Assembly (NCBI RefSeq): GCF_026571515.1
Contig: NW_026858658.1
Span: 62,001 to 126,000 of the forward strand
Length of the DNA stretch: 64,000 nucleotides
Direction of reading: 5' to 3'
Source of the DNA: Ruditapes philippinarum
Taxonomy: Eukaryota
The notes below the pieces were generated by a model. The model was not told where the DNA came from. It searched no databases and was given only the letters and a program-made list of their open reading frames with translations. Below, one piece after another: positions 15,001 to 28,025 of this stretch. Positions within the stretch are counted from its first letter, which is position 1, and each line of letters begins with the position of its first letter. Made by a program: the position numbers and the translations under genes.

Positions 15001-18000
15001 ACAAAATTTTTTACCGAAGAAAACATTTTAAAAGGTTTCAACAAAGATGATGGTTTTATGGTTCACGATGTCCTTTCTTACACGTTTTCCGTATGAAAAC
15101 AGATAAAATGTTATAAAGGTGTCATCATGTTGTCTACATAATCCTTATTGTAATGGGCACGCGGAGAGATACAATAAAACTCTTTTTTTGCATAATCATT
15201 GGAGATGTTATCACAATACTTCTATTCTTTAATCTTTTAAAATATCTACTTGTTTCCTGTCAGGAATATACATTTTGTAACATGTTTTACTTTTATTAGC
15301 ACGGCCTTTGGGCTTTATTCTTTTTTAAGAATTTATCTTGTCAAGTGTAAAACAGCCACCATCCAAGTGTACAATTTTTGACCGCCTCGGGTGAAATCAG
15401 CGTCATGCGCTATTCTCTGTAATGAAAATATTGCTTAATTTGAACAAATATAAAAGATTCCATTTACACCTTTCAAAATATGAAGAGATGCTTTCATTTT
15501 TCGCATCAGTTTCTTCATCTCCGCGGAACAATACAGCCATCTACGTGTTTCCTTTTAACCCCTTCCGGCAATAAAATCGCTATAATAAGTAGTTCGTTTT
15601 CAATTCTTACGAATTGTAAGTCTTAACGGTTATCTAAACAGTGAAATTGAATTAAATATATTTCCATTTTAGCTTGACCTGTTAGTATCAATAATGACAA
15701 AACGATGAAAAGAGGGTCATCGGACTGTATATGTTATTTTTGAATTAAGGTCTTATTACGGTATCAGTGCCAGATTTTAGAAAATAAAAATAAATCCATT
15801 AAAAGTGTGACTCGGTGGCTCTTTCACGTACAAATAATAAAACCGGTGCAAAATAGACAATAAAGAGAGATGTTTATTTTTAACAAGATTTGTTGCAACA
15901 ATGGCCTGTAATTCTTTAAGACCTTTTTTAAAGTGCAAAGTGTGGCAATTTCTCTCGTTTGACTCATATAAGTTAGAATTATTCCATGGTCAAGGAGACT
16001 CTTTAGCCTCCATTGTTCATATACCTTCTACGTAATCTCAAAGAATAACATACAAGTCAATGTAACCTGGATTTCGTTAATATCTTAATATTTTTATGAT
16101 TTATATTTATATTAAATGAATAATACATTCAACGCTATGGTTTTTTCTCATAGTCAACTTTCAACTTGGTGTAAACAACTTGTCAATCTTGAAATGTTCA
16201 TAAATAACGAGAAAACTGTGAAAAACCCGGAATGACATGGTGTATTTATTACAATTAAGTCTGTTTATACCACAGTGTACCACAGTGTGTAAGGGGAGGT
16301 TTTTGCCACTCTTAATTTTATATCGTGATACAAAACGCTAGGGGTCTTTCAGCTGAAACACTTGTTGGAATCGAAACGTCTGGCAACAATTTAATAGTCA
16401 TAGGGGAAAAAAAGACGGTAACAAGGGTCTTCTGTGTATTTCAAGTTTCCTCTTCTAGTACTTAAAATATTTCTCACGTACTTTTATTCTTGGCAAGGAA
16501 TTTCTTATACCGCCTTCTCGGTTTCAGCATAGAAATGTGTCTAAATTTAGAAAACATACAATAATTTTCTGCTGGTTTATAAAAAAAAATGTACAAAACG
16601 CCATTTTTCAGCATTTTTGGTTCTATTTCAAAATTTATTTAAGTCGAAACTTAACAAATTTTAGGTTTGAATTAAAAACTTACCACGTGCTTATTTGTGG
16701 CAAAATAATAAACTGACATGTATGTATACGCAGTAGGTAAATGCAGAAATCTGCTACTGTATAGTAATCAGGTGGTATTGATTTTAACCATCGATTTTTC
16801 CTCTCTCAGCTTTGTTTTATTATGGCTTTGTTGAATTTACACTAAACAATCACTCTAAATTAGTTTGATATTAAGACTGTTTAATTCAAATCAATTCACT
16901 TAATGGACCAGTAAATTATAATGTGGAGCAAAGCTTAGCTCATAAATATTTCAATCCTCTGAAAACACCTTGGACAAAAGAAACTGCCATATGAGGCGTT
17001 TTGAAAAATCGTCAGCTTTGGAAACGCGTTATTTCTTATTTCATTTGTATAGCATTTGTTTTAATAATAAATTATTCTTGATTATTCTCGAATTAGATGG
17101 GATGGGTTGATTAGTAATTCGTTTGTTTTTTTTTTACAAAAAAAGGGAAAACAACATCAATAAATTATGGTAATTGTTGGCATTGGAAAATATACAATTT
17201 ATCCAAGGACAGTGTTTAATACGAGACTTACTTATACATGTACATGTATATAAAGCTGTTAGTTTCTGTAGCAGACGACAATTTTACGACAAAAGAAGTC
17301 AATCGCTGAGGGTTAGTTTCTATAGAATTTTTTTCACACATTTATTCGTTAATACATTTTCTATCTAAAATAAAACAACAAGTTTCTTTATTGTACCGTA
17401 CATACAGATTATTGCGTTATGCGAACACGACGAATGCTAAATGGTTACAGAAAAGACTCAAGCGTCAAACAATGTTAATATATATTTTATTCCGTTCCAA
17501 GCTTTTGTTGAGCCTGATTGAAACTGTTGTTTATTCCTGTAAGTTATTTGATGAACACATGGTTTTAGTTTCCGACGCCATCACAAAAACTACTTTCACT
17601 CAAGTACATCGTCTTGTTTTCCGCCAAATTATGTTTGATTCGTTTTATGTTCAATAGAAGCGACGTGAGCACGAGCGCGACTTTGAAGAATGAATTATAC
17701 GAAGGGATAATCAAATGGCACGAGATTTACGTGCCCTACACTTTGGCACTGTGACTAGTACCTCTTAGGATTGGAAACCAATCAAAGCAGCAAAGTGCTT
17801 CACAGTTAACAACATTTTCCTCAGAATCGCGTCACACTAACGAAAACTAATCAAATCACATATACATTATTTCTTGTAACTTCGCGATTTAAGCATCCAA
17901 AGTAGTAAAGTATATATTTCAGTGAACATGAAATGTCATATCTTTGAAGTTTTCAGCGAAAGTTTTATTCGGTGAATGAGCCTTTTCAATATACATGATT

Positions 18001-20004
18001 TATATGTAGCCATATGTCGTATTTTATTATATTATACAATTTTATATAAGTTTATTCATATGTAGGTTATTCCCCTTTGAAGATTTCGTTTGATATGCTA
18101 TTTTAGATCCATTACCGACGAAAGTTATAGTAATTAATGTTAAGTTGAGAAATGTATTGGCTCATACTTTAAATGAAAACGTCACCAATTATAGAAAATA
18201 TTCCAATATCTCCTACGAATTATACATTAGCATGACAATGGGCGTTAATTTGGGCGCAGCCGATGAGCAAAAATGACCAACTTTTATAGGCATTGGCAAT
18301 GATTAACGGATAAAAGAACCCAACGAGACTCTATGATTCCCATTATGAGCAAAATGAGCGGAAAGCCATATTAATACGTTAATGGGACTTAGCAGTATTC
18401 ATTATAATGAGTTTGAAGCCACGTTATGACAGTGGATCAGCGTTTCTCTTGACATGTAAATCTTTCCTAAAAATCCCATAACAAGACTCGAGTGTATCTC
18501 GGAAACCCCACTCCTTAATGAAAGAAATTAATTGGAAATTTTACGTCCTTAAAGCCCCCCTATATCACTAGCAGTAATCCCTACCACTTTGTATAAGGAG
18601 TGAAATCGAAAATTTTCGAAAATTATCATGGGTTGGTATTAGTATACGTCAAATAACGTCCTTGTTGCGATGAGATAAGACGAAAGTTTTATTGCGTTAA
18701 AATCTACGGGATTTAGAAAAGGAACAACTGAACAAGATTCTCCTGTTAAAGAAAATCTGTTTTGTGCTTGAAAGTGTCATCTAATGTAGTTTTAAATGCT
18801 ATACGTATTCAGATATGAGACAAAAACATTTTAATTTGTCACCGTAACAAGTGCTGTGCAAATAGAATAAACAGAAATAATGTTTACATTATCTCAGAAA
18901 AGTTCCGTGAACCCGAGAATCTCTGCAAATTAACAAAAACAAACAAGTAGCATGAGCAAATAATAAAGTTAATTTTGTAAATTAGTGAAGAGCTGTTTTA
19001 TAAATAAGTTAATTTGTGATAGGAAATTGCATGATTTTATAACAAATTCTTAATGGACTTCTTTTAGCAGTGCGCATGCGCATTGAATGTCTTTCACAAA
19101 CATTTTCGCCTAAAAAGGTATAGAAAAAAAGTAGAATAGATATAAAAATGACTTAGAATAGAACACCTACATTAAAAAATATCGGCTGAAGGATGTCATT
19201 TGTCACAACACACAAATATTTTCCAATTACCATCGTCAATAGCGGGTAAAGTGGCCCTGAATAACTACAAAATCTTTAGACACGGACTGAGTTTTGATTA
19301 TTTATTTTAAAATTGAATATATATAAAAACCGAGGTGCGTTTAGTGTCACGCATTATAATGGGTTAAGCAAATAGTTGGGTTATTTGATATAATGGGTTA
19401 AATTTCTAACGATAAGGACGTGTAATTAAGTTATCTAATGGCTGTTTATTTGATAAATCAAGACATCTACCGTTTGACAGATACTATTAGTCGAGCGTTT
19501 AAATAGAAAATTAATTTTTGAAGATGTCTAATGTTTCTATCTTAGTCATTTTCGTCAGTTTCATACATTTAACCCCAATGCCTAATGGGTTGATAATTTC
19601 ACTCACAGCGCGTTTTTATGTCTCGCTCGCATGTATTGAAGTTTTGTTAACACTTTTTTTCTTTCGTAAAAGAACTACTTAAAATATTTTGAAATGCCAC
19701 TTCCTGCGTTTTAATTGCTTTAAGATGATTTTTTTATTATTTCAAAATATCGGAGACATTTCGTGTTTTGATAATAAGAAATAAGCTTTTATTTTGTCAC
19801 TTAAAGTCAAGCCTCTAGTCTCTGCGACCATCAAGTTCAGGTTGATATCATAGAAAAAAGTACTTAATTTCTTACACGAGTAAAGTTTGTTTACTTAAAT
19901 ACCTTAACTGTTTTTAGGATGAAGGAATCATAAAAGAGTGAAAATTCCTTTTAGATACTTTATATATTTATATTTATATATATTCGCTATTTTTCCGTTT
20001 CTAG

Positions 20005-20181
20005 AATACAATGGTTGAGAATGGGCGTGTTCCTAGTTCAGCATCAAGTCCTCGTAGTTATTCTTCTAGTCACCCAGATCCTGATATGCAGAGGCTTGAT
20101 CCAGCCACAGTTCTACAAATTCATAGGTCACTTTTACAGTCACATGATCAGTTATGGACCAATCACAGAGACGGACACACA
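20005..20181 (+). CDS. Protocadherin cytoplasmic exon 2
   Basis: Acceptor ttttccgtttctag|AAT and donor ACA|gtgagt; 177 nt, phase 0-0, in frame with exon 1; encodes NTMVENGRVPSSASSPRSYSSSHPDPDMQRLDPATVLQIHRSLLQSHDQLWTNHRDGHT. Confidence 0.85.
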
Positions 20182-23100
20182 GTGAGTATTTGTTTTCGAC
20201 TAATGACCATCCTTTCTGCTTCCCTTCTTGTCAATCTTCTGTAGAACCCTGATAGCCTATTTTAAATACCCGGATGTGATGAGTCTGACGTAAGAAGCCC
20301 AATATATCAATGTGCACACGGAATAAAAAAATGTAAGAACACTTACTTTCAATACACCAAATGCAACATAAAAAAGATTTGTTGAAAAAGTAATTATAAA
20401 TATTTAATGACTCGTGCTATTGTTTCTTTCACTGACTCATTGCGAAATCGGGTTCAGGCTCAATATACTTAAATGTTATTTTAAAGTTGTCTCCCCTGTT
20501 GTTGTTTGAAGTAGTTTCTGGTTAAGGGTGGCACATCTTTTCCCGTTGTTGTCATTCTTATCACACATGTGTGAATCTTTCCCACTCATATACCGTACCT
20601 TTCTCACTGTTTTAGAGTAAAATAGAAATGCTATTTTTTACGAAATATTTGTTTGTTAAAGACATTTCTTTACTATTCTTTTTGGACGCTTACATCATAA
20701 CAGAACTTCATGTGAAATTGGATGAATTTTAAAGTAAAGTAGACATAGAAACAATGAAATATTAATAAATTCTAAATACCTATAAGGCCCCTTTGAGTGT
20801 GATTGACTGGTTCCAGGGTTTAAGATATACGTTAATAACGGAAAACGGACTTGGCTTCTATGTGTTGCTTGCTCTTGCTTACATATTTTATACTTCTATT
20901 ACATCAGACATTTCATCATCACTTTTCTTTATGACGTCACATATAACAAAGGACCATCATATCAGAAAACAAAATAAACCGTATAAATAATACGAATATA
21001 AATACACAGTGATATTTGTCATTCGACAATATTATTTTAATTAAGATTATGAAAAGTGTTCAAAATAATATTAATTATAATATGCTTTCAAACTTTAACG
21101 TCGATTTTAAAATAATGACGGTCCTTTTGCGTGACAATTAAATACTGAATATTCTATTTAAGTCATTTTTGTTATATAATGTCATATTCTTAAAATATCA
21201 GAAAATGTTTAAGGTTTTGTCGTAAAAATAGAAATACTAATTTACTGATCTGTATCATCTGTTACAACAAACAAACATAAAAATAAAGAATGCATTAAAT
21301 AGTTGGTCACAAATACCTAACAAAACGAAATTGCTCAGTGATACACCGTTTCTTTTTATTTTAATCATTTCAAATTAATCAAGCCTTTGGTCGATCCATA
21401 TCGTGGGCATACTGTTTTATTCGAGGCGATGATGAATTAGATAATAAAATTGACAAACAGTTTCGTGTAGTAGACAGTATATTCAGTCAGTAACATTCGT
21501 GCGGGCCGTAAAACCATCAATAATTATGTCATCGCCGATCTTATAATTGATAAAATATTGATTTGAACATGAGTTTCTGTGTATGCAAGACTAGATAATC
21601 TAATGTAAATATCATTGCAATTATGCTATCTCTATACGAGCCTCTAGGAAATATGAAGCCGGACTTACAAATGATGACGTTATAATAATACAAGTTAATT
21701 GATTATGTTTGAGACAATGTAAGGTCGACACGTTAACCTGAATATGCTTTATATGTTGACTGAGAAAGTCGGGTATTCATTAATAATTCATTCAAACAGA
21801 CTGAAATAAAAAAAGCAACGCTGCATTTAATATATGGTTAATTTTGTAGTGCTCAAGAAAAAAGAGAACACTGATAAAGGCTAGAAATGAGCAGTTTGCG
21901 ATAATAAAAAATTTGGAACTCCATTGCGTGTCGATGGATAGTTGATCTAACGGATGCGGTACGGCTGGGTACGGAAACGAGCGTTGTCGCTCGTGCGTCG
22001 CGCAGTAACCCACATTGCATACATGGACGCGTAATATCGACGATTTATCAACCGTGGTATCGATATGTCAATTATTGACAGAGATAATCGTGCAATCTTT
22101 AATTTTCAGCCTGCACCCAGATAAGGCAATTTGAATAATTAGAACAAAGGGACTTGTGACATTTAGTAGGATATTCCTCTTTACAGTAATTAGGTGGCAT
22201 TGATTTTGTTTATTGACATTTAATCTTTCTAAGTGGTGGGCATTAAATGCCAGTCTTCTGAAATCAAAGTTTATTGATTGTTTTTATCAACATCTTTTTC
22301 CTAAATTGCTATTACTGTTCATATACAAAAATATATTTTCTTTCCAACTTTGAAAAATTAAGTGCAATAGATATATTATTGAAAATATTCTTTGGTGAAG
22401 ACATTTTCATATAATTTAATGAAAAATATAATTGTATATATTTAACAATTTCAAACATATATTTGGCGGGGTATTATATGCGATACTTGAGCAAATATTT
22501 AAAAAGATTTTTTATTCAGCGAAAAGCAAAAAGTTACTTAGACATCCGAATTGATATGTTTCAGTTTGAATGTAATCGTTATTTAATCAAAGAACGATTC
22601 ACTGCACTTTAAAAAAGCAAAAGACAAACTTTTTAATGCATTTTATTTTTTTCTTTCCTGTTTTCATGGTTGTTATTGCATTGATAGTGTAGGCCTATAC
22701 AGGGCGTTATGTAGATGCAAATCGTTTTAGCGGGCAATTTGTTAAATATAAAGACTTAAAACGGAAAAAAAACATTTAAAATTACACATCATTATCGTTG
22801 TAAAACGATATTATTTAGAATTAAGTGTCAAGGTTCAAGAGACGGCTTATCCGTGTTTGTATCTCGTGCGATCGTCCTATTATTCAAATTGCCATGTTGT
22901 ACAATCAATACCTATTTAACAATCTCTTAGACAGATAAATACGATCTTTCTTTCTATGCTTTGATAAGACTGCGTTTGTAAAGCCCAGAATGCAAATATT
23001 TGCACATTTGTATCATTCAAGTTTGAATGTTTCTTTTATTTAAAATGCTGTATCAGTTTCATCTAACTTGATGTTTTTTCCTACTTCTAATGAATAAATA

Positions 23101-24777
23101 TTTGATCAAACTAACAAAATTAAAGAAGTTATTAGGATTTTTTTCTATATTTTGAAATCATAAAAGTTTTTGCCTGCTTGAAAGGAAAGGAATTTATTGT
23201 AAAGATTCTGTTTTGATAGACACTTCTTCAAGCCTTATCAGGTGTTACTTTTGTAATAAATCTTGTGGACTTGGACTTTTTTTCAACAAATAAAACTGAA
23301 TTTGTATTTTAGGGAGTAACAAATTAGCACAACTAGGTTGTCCTTGAAAAAGGATGTTTTGAAATAATTCAAGCTTTCTTAATTATAGTATTTGTAAGGT
23401 TCAAAGTCGGCCATATCTTGGCCTTGTCTTTCATTATACCCGCTAACACTAGTCAGTACTTTCTGCCTTACTGGACGCTTGATGGACAGCTCCCGTAGAC
23501 GCTTGCATTTAATGACCAGCTGCATGGCCAGCAAATTAGTGGTTTCGGTTAAATTAGGTACTAAACGGTAGAGATTTTTAAGGTCAGTGAAATATTTTTA
23601 AACATGTCCACACCTTTCGGTCTTGATTTAATCATGAATGCATTCCAGGGGAGTCTGATAAAAAAATCTGTGTACCTTGACCTTACATAATTTACTCTCG
23701 TCTGCCTGCTTTTATCATTATCGAAGATGTGACTTTATTCCCGACGCTCTTCTCTCTCATTAATTCATTTTTGCGGACATCCTACATTTTACGAGATGAT
23801 ATTTTGTCTTATTTATTACACAACATAGATTTGAAAATCGCGTGACATACCGGACTATTCAGTAAAGCTACCATTAACGGACATTTAGTGGCATTTTACC
23901 GCATCTAGGTTCTGCAGACGCTCGGAATAAGAGATATCATAATTACGCAAATACAGAAATTCAAGTCAACCTAAATGAGTCAGGGACACGATGTTTACCA
24001 AAAGTAAAACCAAAAAGCGGCCAGAAGACAGAATTTTGTTTTCCCTTTTTATAAATTTCATTACAAAAAACAAACTTCAATTTAAAATTTTGTGAATCGA
24101 GTTCGAATTTTTATTTTCAAATTCTGGTAGTTGGTTTTGTAAATTAAAGTTTTGCTTCTCATTTCCGAGTACCTCTTTGAAACATTTTAAATTAAAAACT
24201 CAAGAATGAAAATAAATTTAAATTTTATTTAAAGGGGCCCTTTTTCACTTAAAACCCTTTTCAAGGGCCCTTTAAAGTTGCCTATCCTTTTTAAAAAAAG
24301 AGCAAAAAAATTTTTTTCATATAATTGTTTTAAAAACAGTTTATTTGTTAGTAAAATTTAAAATTTTGGGAAAGAATTTTTGTTCTTAAACTGCAAAAAA
24401 ATGTTTTTCAAAAAAGTTAGTGCTTTTTTTAAAACAGTTTTTATTTTGTTTCATAGCTTTAACATTTTCTTATTTTTTAAAATTAAACCCAATAAGTGTT
24501 CCCTTTTTATTCCCTCAAATTTTAGTTGGTCTTTTTTTTAGTTTGTCAAAATTTTTTTTCTTTGAAATTTTTAAAAAGTTGACGGGGTTTTTTTAAAAAA
24601 AAAAGGTTTTTTGGAAAAAAAAAGACCATTTTGAAATCCAAACGTAACCAAATTTTCCAGGGGCTTTCACTTTTCCTTTTTAAATTAAAATAAACAAAAA
24701 AAAAAATTTTTGCGGTCAAATTTTCTTGATGTAATCTGCCCTTTCTTTTTTTCCGTTTTGATTATTTTTGTCTTAAG

Positions 24778-24895
24778 CCCCTTAACCCAAAAACCCTTTT
24801 AAAACACCCAACGAAAGATAACGGGGTTTAGCCCCGGGGGAAAAGGCCACAAGAAAAGGGGGGGAGGGGTACGAGTCCCATATTCAAAAGTCTAT
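24778..24895 (+). other. Probable protocadherin cytoplasmic exon 3, corrupted in this assembly
   Basis: Acceptor tttttgtcttaag| and donor |gtaagt (24896). Its 118 nt give exactly the phase 0 to 1 shift needed between exon 2 and the last coding exon. It reads PLNPKTLLKHPTKDNGV*PRGKRPQEKGGRGTSPIFKSL, with one in-frame TAG, inside a homopolymer-inflated region. Confidence 0.5.
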
Positions 24896-25705
24896 GTAAG
24901 TACATGCCAAAGGGAAGTAAAGAGTCATTAAAAAGGCCCCCCCTCATTTTAGAAGAAATTTTAATTTTAAATTTTTTTTTGCATTTGAATTTGATTAAAC
25001 GCCAGATTTTTTTTCAGTAAAATTTTGAATTTAAAAAAATTTAAAAATTTTAAACAAATTTTGGTTAATATACTTATTTGGAAAAAAAAATCTTGGCGGT
25101 TCTTTTCTCGCGTGAAAAACCCCTAGGGTTTTTAAAAAGCCCCCATTAAAGTTTTTAACCAGGGGTAGTTGTTTTGTTTGTTTTGAAAATAAAAAAAAGA
25201 GTACAAGTTGTTAGGCGGATAAAAAGATAAACAAAGAACTTTTTATGGGGGAAATTTTGGGGGGGAAGTAAAAGCGTTTTTTTTTTCTTTCTCTTTAAAA
25301 GTGGCGTTAAAAATTTTGGCACCTGAATTTTTTAGAAAAAATTCCAAAATTGACACATTTTTTTACTTCATTACTGTTTCCGTTTTTTGGGTTTAGTGTC
25401 GGGAAAACAATTTTAACGTATTTTATGTTAAATTTTTTTGGGAAAAAAATTGAAAACTATTTTTTCTCTCTCTCTCTCTCCGTAGATAGAGTATACATCA
25501 GATTCTGTTTAAATGACTGCTCACTTATTTTTTTATTTTTTTTCTCATATCAAAAATTGGCTACTTAAGATGTGAGAATTTTTTTATCATCCATTATTAA
25601 GACATTGTTAAATAATCGAGTTTTACTTGCCAATGTTTTGCACAAAATATTCATAAAAAGGCCATATTATAATAAATATATGTTTTTCTTTCTTATTTTT
25701 TTCAG

Positions 25706-26109
25706 ATCATATAAAGACAGTTACATTTGCCAATAAACCTATGCTGCATCATTTTGCTAAAGACAATCAATGGCGGGATGCCACTAACTTTCCATATAAC
25801 AGTAATTCTTCTCATCATTTAAAGTATGCGCATCCTCCTCCAAAACCTCCGCACAATAAACCCGTGTTACCAATGAGGGACTATGTGAGGTCACCCTCAA
25901 CGTCATCTAGTCATTCTCAACAAAGTGTGCCCAAGTATGGGAACAAACTTTCACCAATCAACGACGCATCAAGTCATATGACGTCTTATGATGAAGATGA
26001 CGAAACGACTACGTCAGGAAGCTATACAATCGATAATGATCATGATTGGATGAATGATTCACAGCCTCCAAGGTCATACTTCCTGTCCCACAACGAGGCT
26101 TACTGCTAA
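25706..26109 (+). CDS. Protocadherin last coding exon
   Basis: Strong acceptor ttattttttttcag| (phase 1). Encodes HIKTVTFANKPMLHH…DEDDETTTSGSYTIDND…EAYC*; TTTSGSY resembles a motif of lophotrochozoan protocadherin tails. Confidence 0.8.
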
Positions 26110-26626
26110 CTGTGATAAATAGTAAGTATTTTATTAGATCTTCCAGAATATTACAGAATATGAACATAATTAACCTTTGTAAAATAGACTTGTCCATGTT
26201 TTGAATTCGAAACATTGTTAGTTTTAGAAATTTCAATAACAAAAAGCTAGAATTTGTAATAGAATCTATATAAAGTAGCAAACTGTATATTGTACGGTCA
26301 GTGGTGTAGAGGCTTGCATCTTACCACTGTCACACAAAGCGTTAATGACCAACTTTTTTATCTGGTCAAGATTAGATCAGTTATTTTTAAAATAGATCTA
26401 CTAGATCTACATTAATATGAAAAGGGGTAAAAAAGTGGTCAGTTTCGTGAAAAGGCATTCTTGAATATTATGAATAAGAATTTAGATTTCTAAATACTAT
26501 TCTTTAGAATAAGCAAACTCGACGAGTTGAGAGCTTATTAGAAAGCGTATTATTCTTCTAGGAAAAAGGTACAAGTTATATATGCATGCAACGAATTAAC
26601 AGTGTTTTTTTTCTCTCTGCTTGCAG

Positions 26627-26700
26627 GATTTATTTTGTATCCAAACCATGTGCAATATGAACTGATATGTGACGAACAGATAGGCCAGTCTAAAATAATT
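26627..26700 (+). other. Putative non-coding 3'-UTR exon of the protocadherin
   Basis: Donor gtaagt at 26122 (12 nt after the stop); acceptor ttttctctctgcttgcag| at 26626; donor gtgagt at 26701; further acceptor ttttctattttcag| at 27413. Confidence 0.55.
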
Positions 26701-27749
26701 GTGAGTATTTTTTAAACTTTTATTTCAATTTTGTTTTAAAATAAATGTAGTCTAGATGAAATAGTGCTGTACAATCAGTTATTAGGACTAAGGATGACTC
26801 AAATATTTATGTATATATAGTTCCTAAAATAATATTTTTTTGGCTTTAGTTTTATTTTAATTTCTGTGTATTTTAATTATTTTGGAACCTATATTATATT
26901 ATTAATTGTTTTCGTAAGGGTAATGAAGAAATGTTGCAAATTGAATGTGCATGAAACTTTGTAATTATAATATATTTATTACATGTAGATCTAACACGAG
27001 TTGCTATATCATATAAATATTAAATTAAAAGTTTAAGAAATTATTAAAACCATAAAACGAGCCTCTGGACAAATTCAATAAAAGTTATCTTGTGTGACAA
27101 TTATATGAGATTCCACATGACTAAATGCATTGAGAAGTTAAGGAAAATAAAAGTGTTATATGGCGTTTTATACACTCCGCTTTCTCAGGACTACCCATAT
27201 AATGAATAAAAGTATTACAAGGAAAATAAATGACGGGATATATATGATAATATTACGTAATTCATTCCAGATACTTGTATAAAAGTTAATAAATTAACAA
27301 CTGTAAGATAGGCAAAAAATGGTAAAATAGTAAGCCTTACATCAAAACTGAATATAAATATTACTTTTACTATTATTCTTTAAATTATATTTTCATTTAT
27401 TTTCTATTTTCAGATACTTCCTGTGACAAAATGGTCGTGGATTAATTCCAGTGTTGGTACTTTAGCTACATGTCGTGTCTTCCATTTTGATTGTTGTTAT
27501 TGTTGTTTATTCCTTCTTTGTGAAATCCATTGTTCCATAATGATCTATAAGATCGAATTATATGTAATACATTATATGATCTCACTACTAAAATGTTTTG
27601 CTAAAAGTATGTACAATGTACATGTAATATGAATGTTGAGTGACAAATTAGTATTGTGACGTAATGAAAGTATTGTTTAAAACTTGCTATAGATATATAA
27701 CTATGTTGATCAAATTTGGATACTTGAAAATTTTATCCTAATTTTATCG

Positions 27750-28025
27750 TTGTGCAGACGATAAAATTGAGTTGCAGACGATTATATATATACGGTTGCT
27801 GCAGATTTTTTTAAAAATTAAGCTGTAGATGTTAAATAATTTGTGCTACTGATGAAATAAATTTGCAGACGATAAAATTCATATATGCAGCAGACGACAC
27901 AATTAAGTGTTGAATATGAATGATGCAGGTGATGCAATAAAATTGCAAAATTAGCAAATGAATTTATGCTGGCCGGCAAACGACAATGTAAATGTGCACA
28001 GTTAAATTACAGACGACAATTATAA
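27750..28025. repeat. Degenerate short tandem repeat (core TGCAGACGATAAAATT)
   Basis: About 10 decayed copies of gcagacgat/gcagat…aaatt. Confidence 0.65.

Noticed and set aside
21850-21945. Candidate for the missing protocadherin exon after the tttgtag acceptor
   Set aside because: The phase-0 frame reaches TGA without a convincing donor and shows no protocadherin motif.
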